Shown here piece after piece: positions 52,213 through 64,000 of a stretch of DNA of 64,000 nucleotides. A model generated the notes under the pieces. The model saw only the letters and a program-made list of their open reading frames with translations, ran no database searches and had not been told where the DNA came from. This DNA comes from Octopus bimaculoides (taxonomy: Eukaryota), in NCBI RefSeq assembly GCF_001194135.2, contig NC_069001.1, positions 4,920,108 to 4,984,107 on the forward strand, read 5' to 3'. Both the position numbers and the translations under genes were made by a program. Each line of letters starts with the position of its first letter. Position 1 is the first letter of the stretch.

Positions 52213-52729
52213 TATATGTGTGTCATCATCATCACCAGTTAACATTTGTTTACCACGCTAGTATGGGTTGGATGGTTTGACTGAAAATTGGTAAGCCAGA
52301 AGAACGCACCAGGCTTTATTTCCTGGCTTGGCATGGTTTTAATGGCTGGATACCCTTCCTAACACTAACCCTCTAACAGAGTGGACTGCCTGCCCGCCTG
52401 CCTGCCTACCTAACAATCTATCTACCTCTCTTTCTCTCTATATATATGTATGTGTGTGTGTGTGTGTGTGTGTGTAATAAGCGGATTATATTTTATGTAT
52501 TTTATTGCATTTAGGTGTGTCATTGCTGTGGTCCATGGTATAAAAAAGATGGGTGGGGGGTCATTGCATTATGTAACCAAAATAGTCCTCAAGGTCACCG
52601 AAACAATTGTTATCACACCCACCACTAAGTAACTATCACAACCAGCAAGTGTAAGGAAATATGAGCCAGCAAGAAGGGGAAAGATCTCTTGCCTCACAAA
52701 TACACGTCATAATTCATCTGATAGTTGAA

Positions 52730-53390
52730 TGTGACAATGTGACAATATAACAAGGTTGTCAGTGAGACAAGAAGGCAATGTGCCACACACACACACATAT
52801 ATATGTGGCGCATTGCCCTGTTGTTACAGAGGAACAACAGAGCGATGTGCCAATTAAACAACAGGGAAATGTGTCGATGTGACAAGAGGGCAATGTGCCA
52901 CTGTGACAACAGGGCAATGTGCCAATGTGACAACAGGGCAAGTGCCAATGTGACAATAGAGCAATATGCCAATGGGACAACAGGGCAAGTGCCAATGGGA
53001 CAACAAGGCAATGTACCAATGTGACAACTGGGCAATGTGCCAATGAGACAACTGGGCAATGTGCCAATGTGACAATAAGGAAAGTGCCAATGGGACAACA
53101 GGGCAATGTGTCAATGGGACAACAGGGCAAGTGCCAATGGGACAACTGGGCAATGTGCCAATGTGACAACAGGGCAATGTGCCAATGTGACAACAGAGCA
53201 ATGTGCCAATGGGACAACGGGGCAATGTGCCAATGGGACAACAGGGCAAGTGCCAATGGGACAACAGGGCAATGTGCCAATGGGACAACAGGGCAATGTG
53301 CCAATGTGACAACAGGGCAAGTGCCAATGGGACAACTGGGGAAGTGCCAATGGGACAACAGGGCAAGTGCCAATGAGACAAGATATAGTA
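52730..53390. repeat. 22/24-bp minisatellite in a tubby intron
   Basis: Units ggcaa(t)gtgccaatg(g/t)gacaacag; explains the overlapping Cys/His/Pro ORFs. Confidence 0.95.
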
Positions 53391-53511
53391 TTCATACAAG
53401 CCACATTATAAGGAAATCTAGATTATTAGGAAAATCTAGATAATTAATTAAAGAGAAGATGAATGAGACATGAACGGGTTAGAAGTAAGAAAAATAAAAA
53501 AGCAAACCAAC

Positions 53512-53599
53512 CTTCGTTCCAGACAGGCGTCTTATTGTGTAATTCCAGCATATTGTCCATAGTTTTACGTTTCCATCGCTCTATTAGACCATCATGTTC
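53512..53599 (-). CDS. TUB: Tubby-family exon (EHDGLIERWKRKTMDNMLELHNKTPVWNE)
   Basis: aatctccag| acceptor, G|GTTGGT donor, 88 nt phase 0-1; ELHNKTPVWN motif. Confidence 0.93.
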
Positions 53600-54154
53600 C
53601 TGGAGATTGGTAAACATAAATGGATAGAAAAATATGAAGAAAAGGCAGGGAGAGATATATAAGGAAGTGGAGAGAAAAAGGAAGTCAGGTTTGTTAGTAA
53701 AAAGCTGGTAGGGAGGGGTGAGAGAGAGAGAGGGAGAAGAAATATGGAAATATACAAGACAGAGAATGAGAAAACTAGAAAACAATGAAGGCAGATTACA
53801 CACGCACACACACACAAAAAACTGCCATACAACCTGACATGTGAAAATCCATAGTTAAGGATATAGATACAATAAAATATAAAATTGTATCCATACATAT
53901 ATATATATTTATATACTGAGGGTGATAAATTGAATATTAATTTAATTAACATCAATTTAAAACCAGTTGCCTAGCATATAAAAATCTGAAGATTCAGAAA
54001 AATTGTAATTCCTTATTTTGTATATTTTTCATTTGTCTTGCCCGCTTATGTTCTGGTGTTTGCTGAAGAACATTATTTTTCTTTGTGGTTGGGTCGTTGA
54101 TGACCTTTTGCCAGCATATCGGATGTCCACTTAGTGATCATCCCTTCTTATACG

Positions 54155-54187
<33 letters not shown>

Positions 54188-56151
54188 AAGTATAAGGAAA
54201 GGAAAAATTGTAAGTATAAATCCCTTTAATTCAATTCATAAACCAAGTCGGTACAGAAGCAACATACATTCTATAAATTGTTTTGGAGTCTAATTAATTC
54301 CAAAGACAAAAGCGAAAAACTCTTCATGAAATAAAAATTAGATTCCTCGTCAGGAATTACATACTGGTATGAATGATTATGACCAACAGAACTACACAGA
54401 CACACAGACACATAAGTACACATGGTGCACACAGGTGCATGTGGTGCCACTCACACACATAGTGTACCAAAGACATTACATTGGCTGAAAGAACTGAGTT
54501 CAATTCCTTACTCCAAACAACTAAAGCTAATGGGGACTAAAGAAACCGATACATTAAACAAAAGACCAAGTCTTCAGCAGTGCCACAAGTATTCACATGG
54601 TTCTATGGCACCATGGCAGGACAGTTTACATTTTATTTTTAGCACTGCAAGTGCAACCAAACTCAAACCGGACGAGCTAATGTGCAGCTTTTTTTAATAT
54701 TATTTTGTGTTTCTTTTCCTAAATTTGTTTCAATCGCACATCGTAGCGGAAAGATCAAAGTTTACCTTGTTAATATGGTGTGACAGCAGTAGAAATTAGG
54801 TCAACAACAGCAACAACAATAATAACAATGATGACGATAATAATAATAATAATAATAATAATGATTAGTAATTATGACGACAATAATAATCAAAATGCCT
54901 CTCCCAGGGTTTAATTGTAATCATAATGAGATTTTAGATAAAAAGTTGTGTCCTTCGTAAGATAAGTGCACGCTGTAAACATATTGGGAATGGTGTAAAA
55001 AGTAATCTAAGACATAGATCAGGTTGATTATTTAGATATTTATTATTATTATTATTAATATTATTGTTATTCTTCTTACTTCTGCCTTAGTGAAGGCGGA
55101 GGTATTGTTTTCAATCATGTTTGTTAGTTTGTCCGTGGACAAAATATCTTAAGAACCGCTGGATGGATTCAGATGAAACTTTCAGAGATGTTTGGCCTCA
55201 TGACTGGCACGGACTGATTAGATTTTGGGATTGATCCGGCACCAAACAAGGATTCTGGAGATTTTTTCCAACTGTTTTACTTAATTTTTGAGAGCAATTA
55301 CGATAATTTCTAATACTCTCAATTGTGAGAGCAGTCGAGTTTATTTCAGATATTCTCATTTTAAAAATCATCTCTGGCTAACCGTTGAGAGGACTTTGGT
55401 GTTGCCTTGGTGGACATATATAAAACAGCCCATATATATAAGAACATATACACCCATCTGTCAATATACTTAACTCAGTTTACCATCTATCTACATAAAT
55501 CTGTCTATAAATCCATTTGTCTATATATTCAATTTTTTTTAATATATCTAACACGTTAGACACCCACATGTCAATATATCTAACTCAGTATACCCATCTG
55601 TCTATATATATATATCACTGCCTATACATTTAACTATCTATATACCCTTCTGCCTATATCTCTAAATATCAATATATCTAACTGTCTATATACCCATCTG
55701 TCTATATAAACCTGTCTATATATCGCATTGCCTATATACCCATCTATGTCTATATATCTCACTGTCTAAAAATCTGTCTATATACCTATCTCATCATGAT
55801 CATCATTCTCGTCGTCGTTTAAAATCCACTTTCCATGCTGGTATGGGTTGGACGGTTTGACTGAGGACTGGCAAGCCAGAAGGCTGTACCAGGCTCCAAT
55901 CTGATCTGTCTATATATCTAACTGTCTATATCCACATCTGCCTATATATATATATATATATATTTAACTATCTACATATATAACTGTCTTTATACCCAAC
56001 TGTTTTTATGTCTAACTCAGTGTACCCATTTGTCTCTGTAGATCTAACTGTCAATATACCCATCTGTCTGTCTATCTGTCTGTTGTCTGACAGCATCTGG
56101 CTAAAAGAGAGAGGCAGAAAGAACAAGAAGCACAGAGTAAAAGGTACTTAC

Positions 56152-56250
56152 ATCATTCGGCACGACTTCCACTCTTTCGTGACTGAGATTCATACCAGGG
56201 ACAATTACTGTCATCTTTCGAGGTCCTTTGAAGCCAAGGACGTTGGTATC
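56152..56250 (-). CDS. TUB: Tubby-family exon ([33 protein letters not shown])
   Basis: ttttcccag| acceptor, |GTAAGT donor, 99 nt phase 0-0; [12 protein letters not shown] signature. Confidence 0.97.
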
Positions 56251-56524
56251 CTGGGAAAAGGCAGAGGGTCGGAGAGAAAGAGGGAGAAGTGGATGAGTGA
56301 GTGAAGCCGATAGGGATGGATAGACAAGTAGATAGATGGATAGGAAAGAGAGAATAAGAGGGGGGGAAAAGTGACTGAATGAGTAAAACCAAAGAGAGAG
56401 AAAGAGAGAGATAGAAAGATGGATGGATATAAATAGATTGATTGATATATGTTTTATGTATCTCTATCTCTCTCTCTATATATATATATGCATATATTAT
56501 ATACATAAATATACGTATGTATGA

Positions 56525-56624
<100 letters not shown>

Positions 56625-56639
56625 ATACATACGTACGTA

Positions 56640-57240
56640 CAGGGTGTCCCCAAAATTAAGGCAACCAACTCTTTTCAATTTTGCTAAAGTGAAATCTTGT
56701 TACATTTCTGGTTCAAGCATTGCAAATGCAATGGTAAAGGAAACACAATTCTGACACTACCACATTTATTCGATATGACTACCTCTGTTTCGAGTCACAG
56801 CCTTAAGTCTAGGTTCAAATGCTTCACACACAACACGCAGCTGTTCTTGCAGAACCAAGGCCCATTCCTGGAGCAGTTTTGCCTTCAGAGCATTGAGCAA
56901 AACTATGAAGAGTGCTTGAGAGCCTCGTCTCCAACATGGAGCAAACAGAAAAATCCAACTGGTTGAGATTGGGGCTTCTTGAGCTGTGAGATAGTACCAA
57001 GTCCTGTTGGAGGCTCCAAGGTATGCCTTGAAGGTGCTCATTCGTCCATGGAATCAGTTCAGCTTCCAGAATGTCACTAATGTATTGCTGGGTGTTAATT
57101 TTCACACCTGAGAGCACAAAAATGAGGGGAGACTTTCCAGTGACTGTCACAGCCATCCAAACCATAACTGACTGTGGATTTTCATGTCGATTTATGAGTC
57201 TGGCCTTGATAGAGCCAGGCACACTCTAAAGCCAGCCATG
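56640..57240 (-). mobile_element. Tc1/mariner (maT/DD37D-like) 3' fragment in a tubby intron
   Basis: QSVMVWMAVTVTGKSPLIFV..WSLQQD..SPNLNQLDFSV; TA-flanked end cagggtgtcccc at 56640. Confidence 0.85.
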
Positions 57241-57517
57241 AATCCATATATCTATTAATCTATCTATCTATCTGTATATCTATTTATATATCTAATTATC
57301 TATATACCCATCTGTCTATCTATCTGATCTCCATGCTCTGCTTAGAGAGATAAAGAGGCAAAGACCCAGCCATCTTGCACAGTGAGCTTCTTAACTCCAT
57401 GGCCATGCCTTCACCATATGGAAAAAGATTACAATTGCAATCAACAAAACAATACTTTAATTACAGGTAAATATCAGGTGAAAATATTTTAGATACATCA
57501 GAAAGTGTGCAACTTAC

Positions 57518-57638
57518 ATATACAATACCAACTAATTCTCTGCGAGTAACAGCCATTTCGGGGGTGGCTAAACTATTAGATCTCTTTGGGTTTGAACCTT
57601 TGTCGAATAATGTAAATTGAGTTCCCAATAAATTTGAT
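57518..57638 (-). CDS. TUB: Tubby-family exon (SNLLGTQFTLFDKGSNPKRSNSLATPEMAVTRRELVGIVY)
   Basis: ttcttccag| acceptor, |GTAAGT donor, 121 nt phase 2-0; AG+A restores Arg; matches tubby SNLMGTKFTVYDNG...RQELAAVCY. Not shown in this frame in the ORF track. Confidence 0.95.
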
Positions 57639-58109
57639 CTGGAAGAAAAAACAAAAAGAAAAATGAAGAGTTATCATAAAAAAAAAAATGGTTAAATCAA
57701 ATAAACAAAGATAACTCTGAAAAATCGTTAATGAATTGGTCTGAGACATGGAAGGGGTGAGTAGACGCTTTTGCACTTGTTGAGGGCAAAGCAACATCAG
57801 AAGTGTTGGTTCCACAAAGAAATGTCTCCAGTACACACGGTAAAGTGGTTAGGGTTAGGAAGCGCATCCAGCTATAGAGGAGCAGTCGGCCAAAGAAACT
57901 CTGTCCAAACTGAGACACTGGAGCAAAACAAGTTCCTCTGATTCCCTGGATCCTGTTGAACTGCACATCCCCCATGCCACACATGGAGTGAAATGAAGTA
58001 TTTTGCTCAAGAACACAACACATCAACTTGTCTAGGAATTGAAACCACAATCTTACAATTATTAGTTCGACAATTTAAACACTAAGCCATGCTCCTCCAT
58101 TTTACTGGA

Positions 58110-58520
58110 GTTTGCTAAGAGTATGTGATGTGCTGTTGTACAGAGTATCCTTGGAATTTACCTGGATTATGTATGTGATGTGCAATAGTACTCATTATTG
58201 CTGGAGATTACCTGGAGTATGTGATGTGCTGTTGTACAGAGTATTCATGGATTTTTCCAGGAGGATGTAACGAGCTGTTGTAAGAAGTATTAATGGCGTT
58301 TATCTGCAGTATGTATGTGATGTGCTGTTGTACAGAGAACTCCTGAAGTTTGGCTGGACTACATAATGTGCCGTCGTACAGAGTATTATTGAAGTTTGCC
58401 AGGAGTATCAGATGAGCTATTACAAAAAAAAAAACATTCTTGGATTTTTCCAGGAGTATCTGATGCGATTTTCTGCAGAGTATTTCTGGAGTTTACCTGA
58501 AGTGAGTGATGTGCCATTGT
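58110..58520. repeat. Degenerate roughly 50-bp tandem repeat just 3' of the KLR exon
   Basis: Recurring gagtat..tgatgtgctgttgtacagagtat..gga.tt..cc.g. Confidence 0.75.
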
Positions 58521-58535
58521 AGCGATTCTTCTTAC

Positions 58536-58648
58536 CTGAGTTTGCCTATGTATGCTTCACCACCCCGGGAGAGGTCAGTTGGGTCGGTAGAGATTAAATA
58601 ATTTGAAGTCGTGCTTTTCTTTCTTTTTCTCCCAGCCAGTAGAAATTG
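58536..58648 (-). CDS. TUB: Tubby-family exon ([38 protein letters not shown])
   Basis: ttttgtccag| acceptor, AG|GTAAG donor, 113 nt phase 0-2; [10 protein letters not shown] and the phosphoinositide-binding KLR motif of tubby domains. Confidence 0.97.
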
Positions 58649-58653
58649 CTGGA

Positions 58654-58690
<37 letters not shown>

Positions 58691-58750
58691 ATAATAATAA
58701 TATAAAATGTGCATATAAATGTATCTATCAAACTATCTCTCTGTCTATAT

Positions 58751-58795
<45 letters not shown>

Positions 58796-59285
58796 AATAA
58801 AGGGTGGGGAAAGAAGAGAGAGAAAGAGAGAGAGAGAGAGAGAAAATGAATGTCAAGAAATTCACCTATACAACAATGATAGTTGATAAGAAAATACCTG
58901 TATGCCTGTTCACACACACACGCATGCATATCAACTAAGGAGGAAGAGAAAAGGAATTCTAAGAATGGTAGGAATAGAGCCCAGATGTAATTGCCCATTG
59001 ACCTAGTAACTATTCTCTCTTTCTACAGCCATTCACGTATATTTTTGTTTTTGTAGTTTGGGGGAAGAGATGAACCGACCGTTAGAGGAACGGAGAGAGA
59101 TAAGACACCAGAAGAATGTTGCTGGATGTCTGTGACTCACAGAAACATCTCATTATTCCACTTCATGATTTCTGTTCCGATTGAGAAAATGCCATTGATG
59201 CTGCTACCCTACCAGATCAATAACTAACACTGCAAAATTCATCTATGTCTCCTTCACTGTATCTAACATAAGTATATATGTATCT

Positions 59286-59324
<39 letters not shown>

Positions 59325-59350
59325 TCTCTGTCTGTCTATCTGCCTATCTG

Positions 59351-59385
<35 letters not shown>

Positions 59386-61361
59386 CTCATGTATCTGTCT
59401 GACTGTCTGTGTATCTATCTATCTATCCATTTATACATTCAACCATCCATCATTCTATCTATCAGTCTGTCTGCCTATCATCTATCCATCCATCTAGCTA
59501 TGTATCTGTCCGTCCGTCTATCCATCCATCTATCTATCTATCTGTTTGTCTATCTATCTCTTTATATATATAAGGAAGATATATATATATATATATATAT
59601 TGGAGTATTAGTTAAATCCGTCCATATTTGTTTTTACCCATTTATTTTAATCCTTATTTCTCATATGTCTGAAACAAGGTAAAATTTACTCAAAATCCCC
59701 CCACCCCAAAAAAAACAAAAAAAACAATCAACAAACAGAAGCTGCAAGGGAAGAACAGAAACGCAACAACAACAAAATACAAACAAAAAAAAATAATTAA
59801 AAAAACTCATAAAACACCATGATAAAAACATACCGCCACCCCATCCCACCCCATGAAAAAGGTGAATTTATCTAAAAACTGAACGCTATACAGGACGATG
59901 TTCCTATGGCGTACATAGTGCCCGACTATGGTTTGAAACTGGGTCAAAATACTTAAAAGTTTATGACACTCTTGTATCAACTGAATTCGTATTTTGACAC
60001 CAAATTATCTTCGTTGCATAACGAAATTTATGTCTGTATCGCAATTTATGACTGTCATGGGCGTATGTTCCAGGTGTGCTAGATGAGCACTGCACACTCA
60101 TCAAAAATGGCAAATTCATTATAAATATCAACCTTCCTCATTAATTTAATGGAAAACTTTTATTACACCCCTGCTTGAAATTTGGCGGCACTAGGGTTTA
60201 GCTTTATGGCGTAATGTCAGATCCGAAAAATCTGTTGGCCCATGACCTCTTGAAAATATTTTTAACCTAAGGTAATCCCATAAACCGGCCTTCCCCAGTT
60301 TTAATATATACCGCTCTACATCTTAAAGCATGCTTCTTCTTTTGCATTCATCTTTTTTTTACANNNNNNNNNNNNNNNNNNNNNNNNNNNNNNNNNNNNN
60401 NNNNNNNNNNNNNNNNNNNNNNNNNNNNNNNNNNNNNNNNNNNNNNNNNNNNNNNNNNNNNNNNNNNNNNNNNNNNNNNNNNNNNNNNNNNNNNNNNNNN
60501 NNNNNNNNNNNNNNNNNNNNNNNNNNNNNNNNNNNNNNNNNNNNNNNNNNNNNNNNNNNNNNNNNNNNNNNNNNNNNNNNNNNNNNNNNNNNNNNNNNNN
60601 NNNNNNNNNNNNNNNNNNNNNNNNNNNNNNNNNNNNNNNNNNNNGGTCATAGGATCGCGGTTTCGATTCCCAGACCGGGCGTTATGAGTGTTTATTGAGC
60701 GAAAACACCTAAAGCTCCTTGAGGGTCTGGCAGGGGTGTTGTGGCGAACCCTGCTGTACTCTTTCACCACAACTTTCTCTCACTCTTACTTCCTGTTTCT
60801 GTTGTGCCTGTAATTCAAAGGGTCAGCCTTGTCACACTCTGTGTCACATTGAATCTCCCTGAGAACTACGTTAAGGGTTACACGTGTCTGTGGAGTGCTC
60901 AGCCACTCGCACGTTAATTTCACGAGCAGGCTGTTCTGCTGATCGGATCGACTGGAACACTCAATGTCGTAAGCGACGGAGTGCCAACAATAACAATTTG
61001 TCCTCACTATTGTCTGACAACCAGTGTTGGTTTGTTTGTGTCCTTGTAACTTAGCAGTCCAGTTAAAATAAACTGATAACATAAGTGCCAGACAGATTAA
61101 CCAATTTATCATTCATAAGCTTTAACAACAAAATCTTACATGGACCCCTAAGGCTGGTATGGACTCTGGTTGAGAACCGCAGCTCTAGAACAAAGTCCTT
61201 TGCAATATTTGTTCAGCACTTAGTGACAGACACTCCCTTCATTACTCTCTCGGTCAGAAATACAGCAATCAATGACACCATAAAACATATACAACAAACT
61301 AAAAACAAACAGTTAAACATTGGAAGAGAGAGAGGAGTTCATTGCGAACGCTCACACTCAC

Positions 61362-61559
61362 TTTTTTACCATCTTCTCGCTCCATGTGTAGGTAGTACGT
61401 TGGATAAACACTTCGGTCAACTCCTCGTTTGTCTCGCGTTATCCGACATTTGATAATGGATCCTTGCTGAGCGGGTTTCAGTACGAACTCATCCAGGCTC
61501 TCGCGAGTATCTGATGGGTACACATTATTCGAATTGAGGGTGAGCATACCATGAACATC
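61362..61559 (-). CDS. TUB: Tubby-family exon, start of tubby domain (..[42 protein letters not shown])
   Basis: ttcttccag| acceptor, |GTGAGT donor, 198 nt phase 0-0; matches the tubby [22 protein letters not shown] motif. Confidence 0.95.
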
Positions 61560-62314
61560 CTGGAAGAAGAGAAAGTGATAAGAATTACCACAGCTGTTAA
61601 TATCACCACCACCACCACCACCATCATCATTATCACCTGTTATTTTACTGGTACTTATTCTATCAACCCTGGAAAGTGGACAAAAACAAGTTGAAGTACA
61701 CAGCATTGGAACTCAGAAATGCAATTCCCTCTGAGGCACAAGTCTGGGTAACGTTGTTTATGGAAGACCAGCAGCTAACCATGCATACCAGCCTCTCCTG
61801 GGGTACTAGTTGATTATATCGACCTCAGTGCTCCACTGGTACTTAATTTACCAAGCTCAAAAGGATGAACAGCAAAGTCAACCTCAGTGGAATTTGAACT
61901 CAGAACGTAAAGATGCATGAAATTCTGCTAAGCATTGTGTCCAGTGCCTTACCGATTCTGCCAGCTCACCGTTTTACAAAAAAAGTGCTTCAAAATAAAA
62001 ACATTATTTCAACACACTGCACAAACACACACACAACACAAACACCCACACACACATACACACTGCACACAGTACACTAACGCACACACACACACTGCAA
62101 AAACACACACACACTGCACAAACACACACACACACGCACGCACGCACGCACACTGCACAAACACACACACAAATACTGCTAGAGCCTGTACACCATTCCT
62201 GCTGGAGTTGACATTATCAATCATGTCCCTCCAGAGTTGATGAAATACATACGAGGCCATTTAACAGTAAAGATTTAATTACAAACAGAGAGAGAGGGGT
62301 GGGGGGGCACTTAC

Positions 62315-62427
62315 ATTTTGTATATCAAAGTCTGCATTTGGTGAGAGCATGCCAGGTGATGTCGTAGGCTGTGGTGCAATAGCAATACTTTCATCATCAT
62401 CTTCTAGGATCAAACCGCGCTGACTCC
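62315..62427 (-). CDS. TUB: Tubby-family gene, upstream linker exon (SQRGLILEDDDESIAIAPQPTTSPGMLSPNADFDIQN)
   Basis: Acceptor tgtgacag| and donor |GTAAGT; 113 nt, open, ends phase 0 matching the next exon; low-complexity sequence as expected upstream of a tubby domain. No direct motif homology. Confidence 0.7.
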
Positions 62428-62477
62428 CTGTCACAGATAGAAACAAACATTAAACAGCAGGAAAACAATTTAATAAC

Positions 62478-62535
<58 letters not shown>

Positions 62536-62796
62536 GTTACAAATTTTGGCACAAGGTCAGCAAGTTACGGGAACATAAACACACCAACATTGGTTGTCAA
62601 GTGATAGTGGGGGGGGGGACAAACACAGACACACACACCTATACATACATACATACATCATCATCACCATTTAACGTCCGCTTTCCATGCTAGCATAGGT
62701 TGGACGATTTGACTGAGGACTGGTGAACCAGATGGCTGCACCAGGCTCCAATCTGATCTGGCAGAGTTTCTACAGCTGGATGCCCTTCCTAATGCC

Positions 62797-62847
<51 letters not shown>

Positions 62848-64000
62848 GCTCCTTTCAGTTTCCATCTACCAAATCCATTCACAAGGCTTTGGTTGGCTCG
62901 AGGCTATACTAGAAGACATTTGCCCAAGGTGCCACACAGTGGGACTGAACCATGTGATTGGTAAGCAAGCCACTTACCACACAGACGGGCCTATAATTGT
63001 TAAAGAGGACAACAAACTTTAAGGTGTACTTAATCGTTTAGCTCACCTGTGAACCCCCATATTTTATATATGCATGTGAGAGTGCATGGCCTAGTGGACT
63101 CATGATTGCAAGATCATAGTTTCAATTCTTAGACCGGGTGGTGCATTGTGCTCTTGAATAAAACAGTTCATCTCACATTGCTCTGCAATCACTTTGATAC
63201 CCGACACGTGGCACACGGTGCACCTGCGAGAGTGAGCTAATGTGTGGCACAAACATTTGATCACTATAAACAGATCATTGATGCAGGTCATTTGGCAAAA
63301 GCTGAATGCTCATACGTCGTCTTCGACGGGAGAGTCCGTCATATATGTATGACGATGTAGAAATTTCTGGTTTGGTACCCAGGTGCACGGTTAGCATACT
63401 GGGGGTGGGCTGAACTTTGTGCCATGGCAAAGGAAATCACCCCCAGGGGATGGAGAACTCTGATAGATAAACCTAAGATAAGTGGGCTGTTGAGTATAGA
63501 GCTCACATTTGGCAGCAACCTTTTGCTATCAGCATTTCCAAGAAGTGAGGCTGGCCTTACACAAATCCTCCACCACTGAAAGCAAATCATCTGTACGAGT
63601 AGTCTAACAGTTATAACACCGGCAGACAGATTCTCATAGTTCAAAGCCAACGGAATAATACATCATATATATATATATACATACACACACACACATATAT
63701 ATATATATATGTACTTATGCGCATCAACAGTATCTACAACAGCATTTTAGTGGCCACTTTTCCATGCTTGTATACATTAGATGGAATCTGTTAAGGCAGA
63801 TTTTCAATGGCCAGATGGTGAAGTTTGTTTGTGAGTGAATGTGTACATACACACAGGGATTGTGTTCAAAGGTAAAAAAAAAACAACAAAAAAAAACAGT
63901 AAAACGTTTTCATGTTGAAGCCAAATATTTGTTATCTTCATTCAGAGGAGAAGATCAAAGGGAAAGAAATCCATTGAAACAGATTTTTTTTTTTTTTCTG

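Noticed and set aside
52694-53443. Cys/His/Pro-rich ORFs (CCPIGT, SHWHIALL, MCQWDN) resembling metallothionein or keratin-associated proteins
   Set aside because: Open in nearly all frames on both strands because of a stop-poor minisatellite inside a tubby intron.
63339-63650. 103-aa ORF as the next tubby exon
   Set aside because: No tubby similarity and no convincing phase-1 donor found; looks like a retroelement UTR relic.

Overview
AT-rich, intron- and repeat-dense animal genomic DNA with many N gaps. The SINE families, microsatellite load and gene style point to an octopod cephalopod (inference). Most ORF-track entries are microsatellite or gap artefacts. Two minus-strand protein-coding loci can be assembled by hand. 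(1) The 3' part of a tubby-family gene: 8 phase-compatible GT-AG exons from 62427 to the stop at 48132, giving the whole tubby domain; the 5' end was not found in the window. (2) A CD164/porimin-like type I membrane sialomucin locus: TATA box, signal-peptide exon (27087-27189), a Thr/Ser/His-rich exon (24493-24747) and two tandem paralogous terminal exons (6572-6945, 2457-3304), each with FDGASF-TM-tail and its own paralogous poly(A) region. The rest is SINEs, Tc1/mariner relics, hAT- and Merlin-like MITEs, Penelope and RTE/CR1 fragments, and satellites. Best second-look items: an apparently intact type I hammerhead ribozyme (15711-15788) in an inverted Penelope-type repeat; hammerhead-like tails on a tRNA-derived SINE; probable alternative last exons with different lysosomal sorting tails; an orphan TATA/CCAAT/E2F/double-CLEAR promoter near 40.3 kb; and a Merlin-like MITE carrying a palindromic telomere-repeat core.
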